10,259 nt of DNA from a virus (lineage: Duplodnaviria; Heunggongvirae; Uroviricota; Caudoviricetes), in the IMG/VR virus record IMGVR_UViG_2698536552_000004; one strand, written 5' to 3'. Positions 1 through 8,840 of this stretch are shown piece after piece. A program made the position numbers and the translations under genes. The notes below the pieces were generated by a model. It was not told the origin of the DNA, did no database searches, and saw only the letters and a list, made by a program, of their open reading frames with translations. How positions within the stretch are numbered: position 1 is the stretch's first letter; the number at the start of each line of letters is the position of its first letter.

Positions 1-414
1 GGCGGCTTCAACAGTGAAACAGTACAGGACGTCATGCTGGGAGCGGTGGAACGCCGCTTCGGCAACGAGCTTCCGGCGTCTCCAGTAGAGTGGCTGACGG
101 ATAATGGTTCATGCTACCGGGCTAATGAAACACGGCAGTTTGCCCGGATGTTGGGGCTTGAACCGAAGAGCACGGCGGTGCGGAGTCCGGAGAGTAACGG
201 CATAGCAGAGAGCTTCGTGAAAACGATAAAGCGTGACTACATCAGTGTCATGCCCAAACCAGACGGGTTAACGGCAGCAAAGAACCTTGCAGAGGCGTTC
301 GAGCATTATAACGAATGGCATCCGCATAGTGCACTGGGTTATCGCTCGCCACGGGAATATCTACGGCAGCAAGCCAGTAATGGGTTAAGTGATAACAGGT
401 GTCTGGAAATATAG
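1..414 (+). CDS. insD: IS2 transposase OrfB (rve/DDE integrase core), C-terminal fragment; 5' end outside window
   Basis: Frame 1 is open from position 1 to TAG at 412-414. The translation ...[36 protein letters not shown] matches the C-terminus of IS3-family OrfB, specifically IS2 InsD as I recall it. Confidence 0.85.
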   Translation, partial: GGFNSETVQDVMLGAVERRFGNELPASPVEWLTDNGSCYRANETRQFARMLGLEPKSTAVRSPESNGIAESFVKTIKRDYISVMPKPDGLTAAKNLAEAFEHYNEWHPHSALGYRSPREYLRQQASNGLSDNRCLEI

Positions 415-425
415 GGGCAAATCCA
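1..425 (+). mobile_element. IS2 (IS3 family) insertion sequence, 3' portion including right terminal inverted repeat; left part lies outside the window
   Basis: The window opens inside a transposase ORF that stops at 412-414. The element then ends ...GGTGTCTGGAAATATAGGGGCAAATCCA at 425, which I recognise from memory as the IS2 right end. Sequence character changes to phage replication genes immediately after. Confidence 0.8.
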
Positions 426-533
426 GCGTTCATCAGCCCCCGCATTGCCGACAGGATCACAGACGGGGGGCGCAACTGGTTGTCGTTCAACTGGCCCAGC
501 TACCGTTCTTGTATCAGAGGTGTGGCTGCATGA
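426..533 (+). pseudogene. 3' remnant of the replication-module gene upstream of the helicase (likely initiator or helicase loader), interrupted by IS2
   Basis: The frame is open from the IS2 end to TGA at 531-533 (...NWLSFNWPSYRSCIRGVAA*) with no start codon. Its stop overlaps the helicase ATG as ATGA, the usual coupling between a lambdoid initiator/loader gene and its helicase. The identity of the disrupted gene is inferred, not seen. Confidence 0.35.
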
Positions 534-1921
534 CAACACCAGTCTGGCGTAATGATGACCTGGAAGGCGCTGTCATTGGCGCATTCTTTCTGCGTGGGGC
601 AGATCATGAAGTGATGGATATTCTGATCACACTACCGGCGGACATTTTTTCTGTACGAGCGTATCGGGATATCTACACAGGCATCTGCAGACAGGCCCGT
701 GTTTCAGGAGTGATTGACCCCGTGCTGTTGTGTAATGAGATGCCGGAACTTGCCCCGGTGATTACTGATACCGGGCGTAAAACCTGGGTGAAGTCTTCAC
801 TGGAGCACTATGTTGCAGCGTTGCGGCGCAATGCCGCACTGCGCGATGCAGAAAAAACACTGAATGAGGCGCTGCAGAAATTACGTGATGCGCATACCTG
901 TGAAGCAGCTGAAGATGCCCTGAAGGATGCGCAGAACATGATGGTCACACTGTCGACAGGAAAGGGCGTCATTCAGCCGGTACATATTGATGATGTGCTT
1001 CCGGAAGTGGTTGAGCGTGTTGAATGCCGGAATCAGGGGCTGGAGAAATCCAGGACGTTGATGACCGGTATTGATGAACTGGACGCAAAAACAGGCGGTA
1101 TGGAGCCCGGAGACCTGGTATTCATTGCCGCCCGTCCTTCGATGGGGAAAACCGAACTTGCGCTGGACATCATCGACAAGGTGACTGAGCAGGGGCATGG
1201 TGTGCTTCTGTTCACCATGGAGATGGCGAACATCCAGATTGGTGAACGTATGGTGTCTGCGGCTGGAGGGATGCCAGTATCACGCCTGAAATCTGTGGCT
1301 CACTTTGAAGATGAAGACTGGGCGCGTTTCTCACAAGGGGTGGGGCGGATGACCGGGCGCAATATCTGGATGGTGGACCAGGCGAACCTGACCATTGATG
1401 AGATATGCGCAACAACGAAACACCATCTGATTAAACATCCGGAAACGGCGCTGGTGGTGGTTGATTATCTCGGGCTGATAAAAACCCGAACCACGGGGCG
1501 TCATGACCTTGCCGTGGGTGAAATCTCAAAGGGGCTTAAAGGCCTGGCAAAATCCGGTGGTTTTCCGTTGATTGCGCTGAGCCAGCTCTCCCGCGGTGTG
1601 GAGTCCAGACCCAATAAACGTCCCATGAACTCAGACCTGAAAAATTCCGGAGAAATAGAGGCGGATGCAGACATCATTCTGATGCTTTACAGGGATGAAG
1701 TGTACAACCCGGATACACAGGCTACAGGCATAGCAGAAATTAATATCACGAAACAACGTAACGGTTCTCTGGGGACGATTTACCGGCGTTTTTATAACGG
1801 ACATTTTCTGCCTGTGGACCAGGAAAGCGCACAGGTTCTTTCCACCCCAATGCGGCAGCCCCAGCCGCGCAGATACAGCAATACACGTACCGACAGCAGT
1901 AAGATGGAGCGTTTCTTTTGA
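530..1921 (+). CDS. DnaB-like replicative DNA helicase (phage P22 gp12-type)
   Basis: ATG at 530 is preceded by GAGGTG at 516-521. The N-terminus has a DnaB N-domain-like motif (LEGAVIGAFFL). The C-terminal RecA-like domain carries Walker A (AARPSMGKTELAL), Walker B (ALVVVDYLGL) and the SQLSR motif (IALSQLSRGVESRPNKRP), followed by DADIILMLYRDEVYN. The ORF-track start at 389 lies inside IS2 and is rejected. Confidence 0.9.
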   Translation: MTTPVWRNDDLEGAVIGAFFLRGADHEVMDILITLPADIFSVRAYRDIYTGICRQARVSGVIDPVLLCNEMPELAPVITDTGRKTWVKSSLEHYVAALRRNAALRDAEKTLNEALQKLRDAHTCEAAEDALKDAQNMMVTLSTGKGVIQPVHIDDVLPEVVERVECRNQGLEKSRTLMTGIDELDAKTGGMEPGDLVFIAARPSMGKTELALDIIDKVTEQGHGVLLFTMEMANIQIGERMVSAAGGMPVSRLKSVAHFEDEDWARFSQGVGRMTGRNIWMVDQANLTIDEICATTKHHLIKHPETALVVVDYLGLIKTRTTGRHDLAVGEISKGLKGLAKSGGFPLIALSQLSRGVESRPNKRPMNSDLKNSGEIEADADIILMLYRDEVYNPDTQATGIAEINITKQRNGSLGTIYRRFYNGHFLPVDQESAQVLSTPMRQPQPRRYSNTRTDSSKMERFF

Positions 1922-1932
1922 ACAACCAGACA

Positions 1933-2175
1933 ATGACTTTTACCTCTGAACAATTGCGTAAACACGCGCAGGAAATGTTGCGACAGGCGGAACAACTGGA
2001 AAAAACAGGTGTAACAAAAGATGCCATTCGTCGGGATATGGTGCCAGCGCTCAGGGAACTGATGCAGGCGAAACATCGCGCACAAAAAGCGGTGGATGAG
2101 CTCGTTGATTGTGTGGCAGAGCTGGAAACCAAAGTTGGAAAGTTTGAAAAAATGGTGCAGGAGGTGCTGCGCTGA
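1933..2175 (+). CDS. hypothetical small coiled-coil protein (nin-region ORF)
   Basis: An 80-aa ORF from ATG 1933 (MTFTSEQLRK...), charged and helical with no recognisable catalytic motif. Its stop TGA at 2173-2175 overlaps the rusA ATG. The track start at 1918 is TTG and less likely. Confidence 0.5.
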   Translation: MTFTSEQLRKHAQEMLRQAEQLEKTGVTKDAIRRDMVPALRELMQAKHRAQKAVDELVDCVAELETKVGKFEKMVQEVLR

Positions 2176-2546
2176 TGCGCCATGAGTTTATTTTACCTTA
2201 TCCGCCGACGGTGAATACTTACTGGCGACGTCGTGGCAGCACATATTTTGTATCAAAAGTTGGTGAGCGTTATCGCCGTGATGTGACGCTAATTGTTCGC
2301 CAGCAGCGGCTGAAATTAAACCTGTCCGGAAGGCTGGCGATAAAGATTATTGCAGAGCCACCGGATAAGCGCCGTCGTGACCTGGACAATATCCTGAAAG
2401 CACCACTGGATGCGCTGACGCATGCCGGACTACTCATAGACGACGAGCAGTTTGATGAAATCAATATTGTGCGCGGTCAGCTCGTTCCTGGTGGGCGACT
2501 GGGCGTGAAGATTTATGAAATCACAGGTGATAACGATGGCGCGTGA
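2175..2546 (+). CDS. rusA: RusA-family Holliday junction resolvase
   Basis: [16 protein letters not shown]...YR...[30 protein letters not shown]... aligns along its whole length with E. coli RusA as I recall it, including the catalytic acidic cluster (RRRDLDN, DDEQ). RBS GAGGTG sits at 2161-2166. Confidence 0.9.
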   Translation: MRHEFILPYPPTVNTYWRRRGSTYFVSKVGERYRRDVTLIVRQQRLKLNLSGRLAIKIIAEPPDKRRRDLDNILKAPLDALTHAGLLIDDEQFDEINIVRGQLVPGGRLGVKIYEITGDNDGA

Positions 2547-2922
2547 TATTCAGCAGGTTATGGAACGGTGGGGGGCTTGGGCTGCAAACACTCATGAAGA
2601 TGTATCCTGGGCGTCGATCGCTGCTGGTTTTAAAGGGTTAATTCCGTCGAAAGTGAAATCACGCCCTCAGTGTTCTGATGATGATGCAATGATAATTTGT
2701 GGCTGTATGGCCCGGTTGAACAAGAAAAATCAGGATTTGCACGATTTGCTGGTGGATTATTACGTAGGTGGAATGACTTTTATGAGTCTGGCACGGAAAC
2801 ATGGGTGTTCGGATACCTGTATTGGCAAGCGCCTGCAGAAAGCGGAAGGGGTTATTGATGGCATGTTGATGATGCTTGATATCCGGCTGGAGATGGACAG
2901 ATACGTAGAACGAATTATGTAG
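2536..2922 (+). CDS. late-gene antiterminator Q (DLP12 QuuD / phage-21-like Q family)
   Basis: [35 protein letters not shown]...[16 protein letters not shown]...[23 protein letters not shown]...[24 protein letters not shown] closely resembles the short Q protein of the DLP12 cryptic prophage, from memory. RBS AGGTGA at 2524-2529 precedes ATG 2536, which overlaps the rusA 3' end. The track start at 2515 is less likely. Confidence 0.8.
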   Translation: MARDIQQVMERWGAWAANTHEDVSWASIAAGFKGLIPSKVKSRPQCSDDDAMIICGCMARLNKKNQDLHDLLVDYYVGGMTFMSLARKHGCSDTCIGKRLQKAEGVIDGMLMMLDIRLEMDRYVERIM

Positions 2923-2926
2923 GTGC

Positions 2927-2956
2927 TTGACCAGACACATTGTCCGGGGCTATATT
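2927..2956 (+). promoter_or_regulatory. candidate late promoter pR' (sigma70 -35 TTGACC / -10 TATATT) immediately downstream of Q
   Basis: TTGACC at 2927-2932, an 18-nt spacer, then TATATT at 2951-2956. Position directly after the Q stop matches lambdoid pR' architecture. The Q-binding and pause elements cannot be defined without experiment. Confidence 0.5.
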
Positions 2957-3017
2957 CCTCACGCGCCAGCAAAATCTGGCGTCGGGATTGGAACCCCGGA
3001 TAGAGACCGCGACAGAC

Positions 3018-3040
3018 ACACGCCGCGAGCGTGTTTTTTA
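3018..3040 (+). terminator. intrinsic terminator (candidate tR') ending a short 6S-like leader transcript
   Basis: A 6-bp GC-rich stem (ACACGC / GCGTGT) with a 5-nt loop, followed by TTTTTTATT, lies about 55-80 nt downstream of the predicted pR' start site. Confidence 0.55.
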
Positions 3041-3167
3041 TTGTCGTATGCACGCGCACATCTGAATTATGGTGGGGCGCATGGGGGAGCTGAAAAGCTC
3101 GCCGGTCGGTTTCCCGGTAGTTCCAACCCTGTGCGTCTCACCACCCGATGATTGGAACCTGACGGTG

Positions 3168-3196
3168 TTGACAGTTTCAGGTTTGCAGTTTACATT
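3168..3196 (+). promoter_or_regulatory. candidate sigma70 promoter upstream of the ORF6N-like gene
   Basis: Consensus -35 TTGACA at 3168-3173, a 17-nt spacer, then TACATT at 3191-3196. It lies downstream of tR', so it could drive Q-independent expression. Sequence match only. Confidence 0.3.
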
Positions 3197-3402
3197 TCCC
3201 CGCGGTGCTCAAAACACCTCGAAAGCGGTATCCACACCCGATAGCCATGTGGTTTTTTTGTGTCCAGAATTCTTGGTTTATGACCGGGTGTGCGGCTAAT
3301 ACAATACCAGCAATGGAAATACGCCCGCCGACTTTCGACGGTTTTGAGCGCCCGGTCACCCTCTCAAAAGGGGTAAATCAAAATATTCGAAAGGACATGT
3401 CT

Positions 3403-3926
3403 ATGAATCGCACGTCTATTGAAAAACTCCCGTCACTTACGCATAACCATCTTCCTGTCATGACAACAGAGCTGCTGGCTGATTTGTACGGAACAGAGCG
3501 CCAGCGTTTGACAAACAATTTCAATCGAAACAAAGAACGGTTTATAGAAGGTAAACATTTTTTCCTGATAGAAGGTGATGCGTTACGAGAGTTGAAGAAC
3601 GAAAACTCTTTAAGAGTTTCTGTGAAAATTGCCCGTAACGTTCGCTCCCTCATCCTCTGGACAGAACGTGGCGCAGCCCGTCACGCCAAAATGCTCGAAA
3701 CCGATCAGGCGTGGGAAGTGTTCGAAAAACTGGAAGACTGTTATTTCAACCAGAAACAGCCACCAGCGGCACAAAACACATCTATCGAAAATGATGGATG
3801 CGCATTACTGAGCCACTTCGATAAACACGGTCAGGTTGAGTTCACGGAAAAGGTACCCGCCGATGCGATGGTATGTACTCTGGAACGGTTTAAATTTTAT
3901 CTGGAGCAACACGGGTGGATCGTTGC
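3403..3926 (+). CDS. ORF6N-domain (phage antirepressor-like) protein, N-terminal part; 3' end hidden by N-mask
   Basis: RBS AAGGA at 3391-3395 precedes ATG 3403. MNRTSIEKLP...LPVMTTELLADLYGTERQRLTNNFNRNKERFIEGKHFFLIEGDALRELK matches the ORF6N/antirepressor N-domain signature as I recall it. The frame is open into the mask starting at 3927. The track start at 3205 is rejected, as the upstream stretch has no RBS and odd composition. Confidence 0.55.
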
Positions 3927-4159
3927 NNNNNNNNNNNNNNNNNNNNNNNNNNNNNNNNNNNNNNNNNNNNNNNNNNNNNNNNNNNNNNNNNNNNNNNNNN
4001 NNNNNNNNNNNNNNNNNNNNNNNNNNNNNNNNNNNNNNNNNNNNNNNNNNNNNNNNNNNNNNNNNNNNNNNNNNNNNNNNNNNNNNNNNNNNNNNNNNNN
4101 NNNNNNNNNNNNNNNNNNNNNNNNNNNNNNNNNNNNNNNNNNNNNNNNNNNNNNNNNNN

Positions 4160-4235
4160 NNNNNNNNNNNNNNNNNGTCAGAGCGAGCGACTCATAATCG
4201 CCAGGTCGCTGGTTCAAGTCCAGCAAGGGCCACCA
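4160..4235 (+). tRNA. tRNA with CAU anticodon, ileX-like (tRNA-Ile2 or Met); 5' ~17 nt inside the N-mask, start estimated
   Basis: The visible 59 nt (4177-4235) contain anticodon loop CUCAUAA, T-arm GCTGG-TTCAAGT-CCAGC and the acceptor 3' strand plus CCA. They align to the 3' 59 nt of E. coli ileX as I recall it. The start is extrapolated assuming 76 nt. Confidence 0.7.
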
Positions 4236-4236
4236 A

Positions 4237-4313
4237 CCACCACTAGCTCATCCGGATAGAGCATCAACCTTCTAAGTTGACGGTGCGAGGTTCGAGTCCT
4301 CGGTGGTGGGCCA
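4237..4313 (+). tRNA. tRNA-Arg (anticodon UCU)
   Basis: Manual cloverleaf: acceptor CCACCAC/GTGGTGG, D-stem GCTC/GAGC, anticodon stem TCAAC/GTTGA with loop CTTCTAA, T-arm CGAGG-TTCGAGT-CCTCG, discriminator G and encoded CCA. It resembles the argU-type tRNAs carried by lambdoid and Stx phages. Confidence 0.8.
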
Positions 4314-4315
4314 GC

Positions 4316-4391
<76 letters not shown>

Positions 4392-4394
4392 TAT

Positions 4395-4469
<75 letters not shown>

Positions 4470-4893
4470 GCGAGATTTGAGACGAAGGTTGTTATTTGCA
4501 CTGACACAATATTGTGTGGGAATGTCTGACTCCTTACCATCTCCTGTTCTGTGATGTTGTTTTGTTGCAGTTCCAGTGCTCTTTTTTCAGCACCAGNNNN
4601 NNNNNNNNNNNNNNNNNNNNNNNNNNNNNNNNNNNNNNNNNNNNNNNNNNNNNNNNNNNNNNNNNNNNNNNNNNNNNNNNNNNNNNNNNNNNNNNNNNNN
4701 NNNNNNNNNNNNNNNNNNNNNNNNNNNNNNNNNNNNNNNNNNNNNNNNNNNNNNNNNNNNNNNNNNNNNNNNNNNNNNNNNNNNNNNNNNNNNNNNNNNN
4801 NNNNNNNNNNNNNNNNNNNNNNNNNNNNNNNNNNNNNNNNNNNNNNATGGCCTTTTTTCTTTCCGATAGCACAGGTCTGTCGGGGGGCGGGAT

Positions 4894-5109
4894 ATGTATC
4901 AGATGGAAAAAATATCAACAGGCATTGCCTACGGCACCTCCGCCGGCAGTGCCGGCTACTGGTTTTTGCAGTGGTTGGATCAGGTCAGTCCATCACAGTG
5001 GGCTGCGATTGGTGTGCTGGGAAGTCTGCTTCTGGGGCTTCTGACTTATCTGACAAATCTGTATTTCAAAATAAGAGAAGACAAGCGTAAGGCTGCGAGA
5101 GGTGAATAA
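4894..5109 (+). CDS. class II holin/antiholin (phage 21 S21-type pinholin, DLP12 EssD-like) with dual start
   Basis: The 71-aa product [71 protein letters not shown] has two transmembrane segments and a charged C-terminus. Met1 and Met4 form the dual-start motif. Its stop overlaps the endolysin ATG as TAATG. Confidence 0.9.
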   Translation: MYQMEKISTGIAYGTSAGSAGYWFLQWLDQVSPSQWAAIGVLGSLLLGLLTYLTNLYFKIREDKRKAARGE

Positions 5110-5606
5110 TGTCGCCATCATTACGCAAGGCTGTTGCAGCTGCTATTGGTGGTGGGGCTGTTGCTATAGCATCTGTGTTAATCACTGGCCCAGGTGGTAA
5201 CGATGGTCTGGAAGGTGTCAGCTACATACCATACAAAGATATCATTGGTGTATGGACTGTATGTCACGGACACACCGGAAAAGACATCATGCTCGGTAAA
5301 ACGTATACCGAAGCAGAATGCAAAGCCCTCCTGAATAAAGACCTTGCCACTGTCGCCAGACAAATTAACCCGTACATCAAAGTCGATATACCGGAAACAA
5401 CGCGCGGCGCTCTTTACTCGTTCGTTTACAACGTGGGCGCTGGCAATTTCAGAACATCGACGCTTCTTCGCAAAATAAACCAGGGCGATATCAAAGGCGC
5501 ATGTGACCAGCTACGTCGCTGGACATATGCTGGCGGTAAGCAATGGAAAGGGCTGATGACCCGTCGTGAGATTGAGCGTGAAGTCTGTTTGTGGGGGCAG
5601 CAATGA
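5109..5606 (+). CDS. SAR endolysin (T4-lysozyme-like muramidase, phage 21 R21 / DLP12 RrrD-like)
   Basis: The N-terminus has a Gly/Ala-rich signal-anchor-release segment ([20 protein letters not shown]). A catalytic Glu-Asp-Thr arrangement follows (LEGVSY...[14 protein letters not shown]). Position directly after the holin. Confidence 0.9.
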   Translation: MSPSLRKAVAAAIGGGAVAIASVLITGPGGNDGLEGVSYIPYKDIIGVWTVCHGHTGKDIMLGKTYTEAECKALLNKDLATVARQINPYIKVDIPETTRGALYSFVYNVGAGNFRTSTLLRKINQGDIKGACDQLRRWTYAGGKQWKGLMTRREIEREVCLWGQQ

Positions 5607-6067
5607 GCAGAGTCACCGCGATTATCTCCGCTCTGGTTATCTGCATCATCGTCTGCCTGTCATGGGCTGTTAATCATTACCGTGATAACGCCATTACCTA
5701 CAAAGAGCAGCGCGACAAAAACGCAAGAGAACTGAAGCTGGCGAACGCAACCATTACTGACATGCAGCAGAGACAGCGTGATGTTAATGCACTCGATGCT
5801 AAATACACGAAGGAGTTAGCTGATGCGAAAGCTGAAAATGAAACTCTGCGCGCTGATGTTGCCGCTGGTCGTCGTCGGTTGCACATCAAAGCAGTCTGTC
5901 AGTCAGTGCGTGAAGCCACCACCGCCTCCGGCGTGGATAATGCAACCAGCCCCCGACTGGCAGACACCGCTGAACGGGATTATTTCACCCTCAGAGAGCG
6001 GCTGATGACGATGCAGATGCAACTGGAAGGGGCACAGGAGTATATCCGCACTCAGTGCATTAAGTAG
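5603..6067 (+). CDS. Rz i-spanin (inner-membrane spanin subunit)
   Basis: ATG 5603 overlaps the endolysin stop as ATGA. The product has an N-terminal transmembrane segment and a coiled-coil periplasmic domain ([23 protein letters not shown]...). The track GTG start at 5591 is less likely. Confidence 0.85.
   Translation: MSRVTAIISALVICIIVCLSWAVNHYRDNAITYKEQRDKNARELKLANATITDMQQRQRDVNALDAKYTKELADAKAENETLRADVAAGRRRLHIKAVCQSVREATTASGVDNATSPRLADTAERDYFTLRERLMTMQMQLEGAQEYIRTQCIK
5823..6005 (+). CDS. Rz1 o-spanin (outer-membrane lipoprotein) embedded in the +1 frame of Rz
   Basis: [60 protein letters not shown] has a signal peptide with a lipobox (VVGC) and a proline-rich mature domain. RBS AGGAG at 5811-5815. 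It lies wholly inside Rz, the classic lambda-type arrangement. Confidence 0.85.
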   Translation: MRKLKMKLCALMLPLVVVGCTSKQSVSQCVKPPPPPAWIMQPAPDWQTPLNGIISPSESG

Positions 6068-6109
6068 CCTTTTTATCGTGGTAAACATTTCGCAGGGTAT
6101 GAGGTATTT

Positions 6110-6416
6110 ATGCCATCACTAATCCCACGTGCCTGCCGTAAGCGTGGATGTGCAGGTACAACCACAGACAGTTCGGGTTACTGCGATAAACATCGCGGTG
6201 AAGGCTGGGTGCAGCACCAGCGCGGACTGAGCCGCCACCAGCGTGGCTATGGCTCAAAATGGACGGTGATTCGTGCCCGTATTCTGAAGCGCGATAAAGG
6301 TCTGTGTCAGTTGTGTCTGCGTGTCGGTGTGGTGAGCGAGGCGAAAACCGTCGACCACATCATCCCGAAAGCGCATGGCGGAACAGACGCAGACAGCAAC
6401 CTGCAGAGTCTGTGCT
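6110..6416 (+). CDS. HNH endonuclease (terminase-associated, HK97 gp74-like); 3' end hidden by N-mask
   Basis: RBS GAGGT precedes ATG 6110. Cys-rich N-terminus (CRKRGCAG...YCDKHR) and HNH core (DHIIPKAHGGTDADSNLQSLC). It sits immediately upstream of the terminase genes. The true stop lies inside 6417-6680. Confidence 0.8.
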
Positions 6417-6680
6417 NNNNNNNNNNNNNNNNNNNNNNNNNNNNNNNNNNNNNNNNNNNNNNNNNNNNNNNNNNNNNNNNNNNNNNNNNNNNNNNNNNNN
6501 NNNNNNNNNNNNNNNNNNNNNNNNNNNNNNNNNNNNNNNNNNNNNNNNNNNNNNNNNNNNNNNNNNNNNNNNNNNNNNNNNNNNNNNNNNNNNNNNNNNN
6601 NNNNNNNNNNNNNNNNNNNNNNNNNNNNNNNNNNNNNNNNNNNNNNNNNNNNNNNNNNNNNNNNNNNNNNNNNNNNNNNN

Positions 6681-7099
6681 AGCGAGCCCTGAACAAAGAT
6701 GAACCTGTTTTTACGCCCATCAAAGGTGTTGAGCCACCAGAGTGGTTCGCTGAAGAAGATCTCCCTCTCGCCACGATCATGTGGCAACTGACAACCAAAG
6801 AACTCTGCGGTCAGGGCCTGCTGTGCGTGACTGACCTGGCGGTACTTGAGCGGTGGTGCGTGGCCTATGAGTTCTGGCGACGTGCCGTGAAAAATATTGC
6901 CATACAGGGCAACACCATCACCGGTGCAATGGGCGGCAGGGTCAAAAATCCGGAGCTGACCGCCAAAAAAGAACAGGAGTCCGAGATGAGCAGCACGGGG
7001 GCAATGCTCGGACTCGACCCCAGCAGCCGCCAGCGTCTGATTGGCCTGGCGGGGCAGAAGAAAGCCACTAACCCGTTTCTGAAAATTATCGAATCATGA
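6681..7099 (+). CDS. terminase small subunit (P27 family); 5' end hidden by N-mask
   Basis: The visible product begins ...[29 protein letters not shown]...WRRAVKNI..., resembling the N-terminal region of P27-family TerS. Its stop TGA at 7097-7099 overlaps the TerL ATG. The real start is probably about 15-20 codons inside the mask. Confidence 0.75.
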
Positions 7100-8829
7100 G
7101 CCGGAAATCTTACCCCAACGTAAATGCTGCAAATCAGTATGCCCGGGATGTCGTGCGCGGAAAGATTGTTGCCTGCCAGTTTGTGATTCAGGCCTGCCAG
7201 CGCCATCTTGATGACCTGATGGCGGAAAAAAGTAAGTCGTTTCGTTACCGCTTCGACAAGGACCTGGCTGAACGGGCCGCGAAATTTATTCAGCTGTTGC
7301 CGCACACCAAGGGGGAGTGGGCATTCAAACGGATGCCCATCACGCTGGAGCCGTGGCAGCTATTTGTGATCTGCTGTGCGTTTGGCTGGGTCAATAAAGG
7401 CACCCGGTTGCGCCGCTTCCGGGAGGTGTACACCGAAATCCCCCGTAAGAACGGCAAATCAGCAATCTCTGCCGGTGTTGCCCTGTATTGTTTTGCCTGT
7501 GATAACGAGTTTGGCGCGGAAGTGTATTCCGGTGCCACGACAGAGAAACAGGCGTGGGAAGTCTTTCGCCCGGCGCGACTGATGTGTAAACGCACACCCA
7601 TGCTGACGGAAGCGTTCGGGATTGAGGTTAACGCCTCAAACATGAACCGTCCGGAGGATGGCGCGCGGTTTGAACCGCTGATCGGCAACCCAGGTGATGG
7701 TTCATCACCCCACTGTGCCGTGGTTGATGAATATCACGAGCATGCCACCGATGCGCTTTATACCACAATGCTTACCGGGATGGGGGCGCGACGTCAGCCA
7801 CTGATGTGGGCCATCACCACCGCCGGGTACAACATTGAGGGGCCGTGCTACGACAAGCGGCGGGAAGTCATCGAGATGCTCAACGGCTCGGTGCCTAACG
7901 ATGAACTGTTCGGGATCATCTATACCGTTGATGAAGGTGACGACTGGACCGGCCCGCAGGTGCTGGAAAAAGCCAATCCAAATATTGGCGTGTCGGTTTA
8001 TCGCGAATTTTTGTTAAGTCAGCAGCAGCGTGCGAAAAATAACGCCCGTCTGGCAAACGTCTTTAAAACAAAACACCTCAATATCTGGGTGTCGGCGCGT
8101 TCGGCGTATTTCAACTTGGTGAGCTGGCAGAGCTGCGAGGATAAATCACTGACCCTTGAGCAGTTCGAGGGGCAGCCGTGCATTCTGGCCTTTGACCTGG
8201 CGCGTAAGCTGGATATGAACAGCATGGCGCGACTTTATACCCGCGAGATTGACGGTAAAACGCATTACTACAGTGTGGCCCCGCGTTTCTGGGTACCGTA
8301 TGACACGGTGTACAGCGTCGAGAAAAATGAAGATCGACGGACAGCCGAACGCTTTCAGAAATGGGTGGAAATGGGCGTTCTGACCGTTACCGATGGTGCG
8401 GAGGTGGATTATCGCTACATCCTCGAGGAGGCCAAAGCGGCGAACAAAATCAGCCCGGTCAGTGAGTCACCCATCGACCCCTTCGGGGCGACCGGGTTGT
8501 CACATGACCTTGCTGATGAAGACCTGAATCCCGTCACTATCGTCCAGAACTTCACCAATATGTCCGATCCGATGAAAGAGCTGGAAGCAGCGATTGAATC
8601 GGGACGTTTTCATCATGACGGCAATCCCATCATGACCTGGTGTATCGGCAACGTGGTCGGCAAAAACATGCCGGGTAACGATGATGTGGTGAAACCCGTC
8701 AAAGAGCAGGCGGAAAACAAAATCGATGGTGCAGTTGCGCTGATTATGGCGGTTGGCAGAGCCATGCTGTACGAGAAAGAAGACACGCTGTCTGACCACA
8801 TTGAGTCCTACGGGATCCGCTCGCTTTAA
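7096..8829 (+). CDS. terminase large subunit (HK97-like TerL, ATPase + nuclease)
   Basis: A 577-aa ORF translationally coupled to TerS. Size, position and the overall ATPase-then-nuclease layout are typical of TerL. No antisense ORF of comparable quality. Confidence 0.9.
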   Translation: MSRKSYPNVNAANQYARDVVRGKIVACQFVIQACQRHLDDLMAEKSKSFRYRFDKDLAERAAKFIQLLPHTKGEWAFKRMPITLEPWQLFVICCAFGWVNKGTRLRRFREVYTEIPRKNGKSAISAGVALYCFACDNEFGAEVYSGATTEKQAWEVFRPARLMCKRTPMLTEAFGIEVNASNMNRPEDGARFEPLIGNPGDGSSPHCAVVDEYHEHATDALYTTMLTGMGARRQPLMWAITTAGYNIEGPCYDKRREVIEMLNGSVPNDELFGIIYTVDEGDDWTGPQVLEKANPNIGVSVYREFLLSQQQRAKNNARLANVFKTKHLNIWVSARSAYFNLVSWQSCEDKSLTLEQFEGQPCILAFDLARKLDMNSMARLYTREIDGKTHYYSVAPRFWVPYDTVYSVEKNEDRRTAERFQKWVEMGVLTVTDGAEVDYRYILEEAKAANKISPVSESPIDPFGATGLSHDLADEDLNPVTIVQNFTNMSDPMKELEAAIESGRFHHDGNPIMTWCIGNVVGKNMPGNDDVVKPVKEQAENKIDGAVALIMAVGRAMLYEKEDTLSDHIESYGIRSL

Positions 8830-8840
8830 CTGAGGTAATT

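Noticed and set aside
389-529. ORF-track start at 389 for the helicase ORF (510 aa)
   Set aside because: The first 47 codons lie partly inside IS2 and translate to a low-complexity Arg/Cys/His-rich peptide. An RBS-preceded ATG at 530, with ATGA overlap to the upstream remnant, is the credible start.
248-2464. Minus-strand ORFs antisense to the transposase, helicase and rusA (for example 248-490, 881-1198, 1746-2183, 2270-2464)
   Set aside because: They sit entirely inside well-supported plus-strand genes, lack RBSs and have odd composition; typical antisense artefacts.
2927-3299. Plus-strand ORFs 2927-3151 (74 aa) and 3069-3299 (76 aa) downstream of Q
   Set aside because: No RBS, and Pro/Arg/Gly-rich composition. 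They overlap the predicted pR' promoter, leader hairpins and tR' terminator, and are more likely non-coding regulatory sequence.
3205-4259. ORF-track proteins spanning N runs (3205-4197, 3836-4246, 3915-4259, and similar ones around 4421-5090 and 6254-6798)
   Set aside because: Their reading frames are kept open only by the masked Ns (runs of X). The 3' tails of several run through tRNA genes. They are not interpretable as genes.
4470-4596. Possible fifth tRNA or small gene between the tRNA-Gly gene and the second mask
   Set aside because: I could not fold a cloverleaf or find an RBS-preceded ORF in the visible 127 nt. Anything real would extend into the mask.
4847-4893. T-rich stretch (GGCCTTTTTTCTTTCC) just after the second mask as a terminator
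   Set aside because: The upstream stem, if any, is masked. It could be the tail of a terminator or simply the holin upstream region; it cannot be supported.
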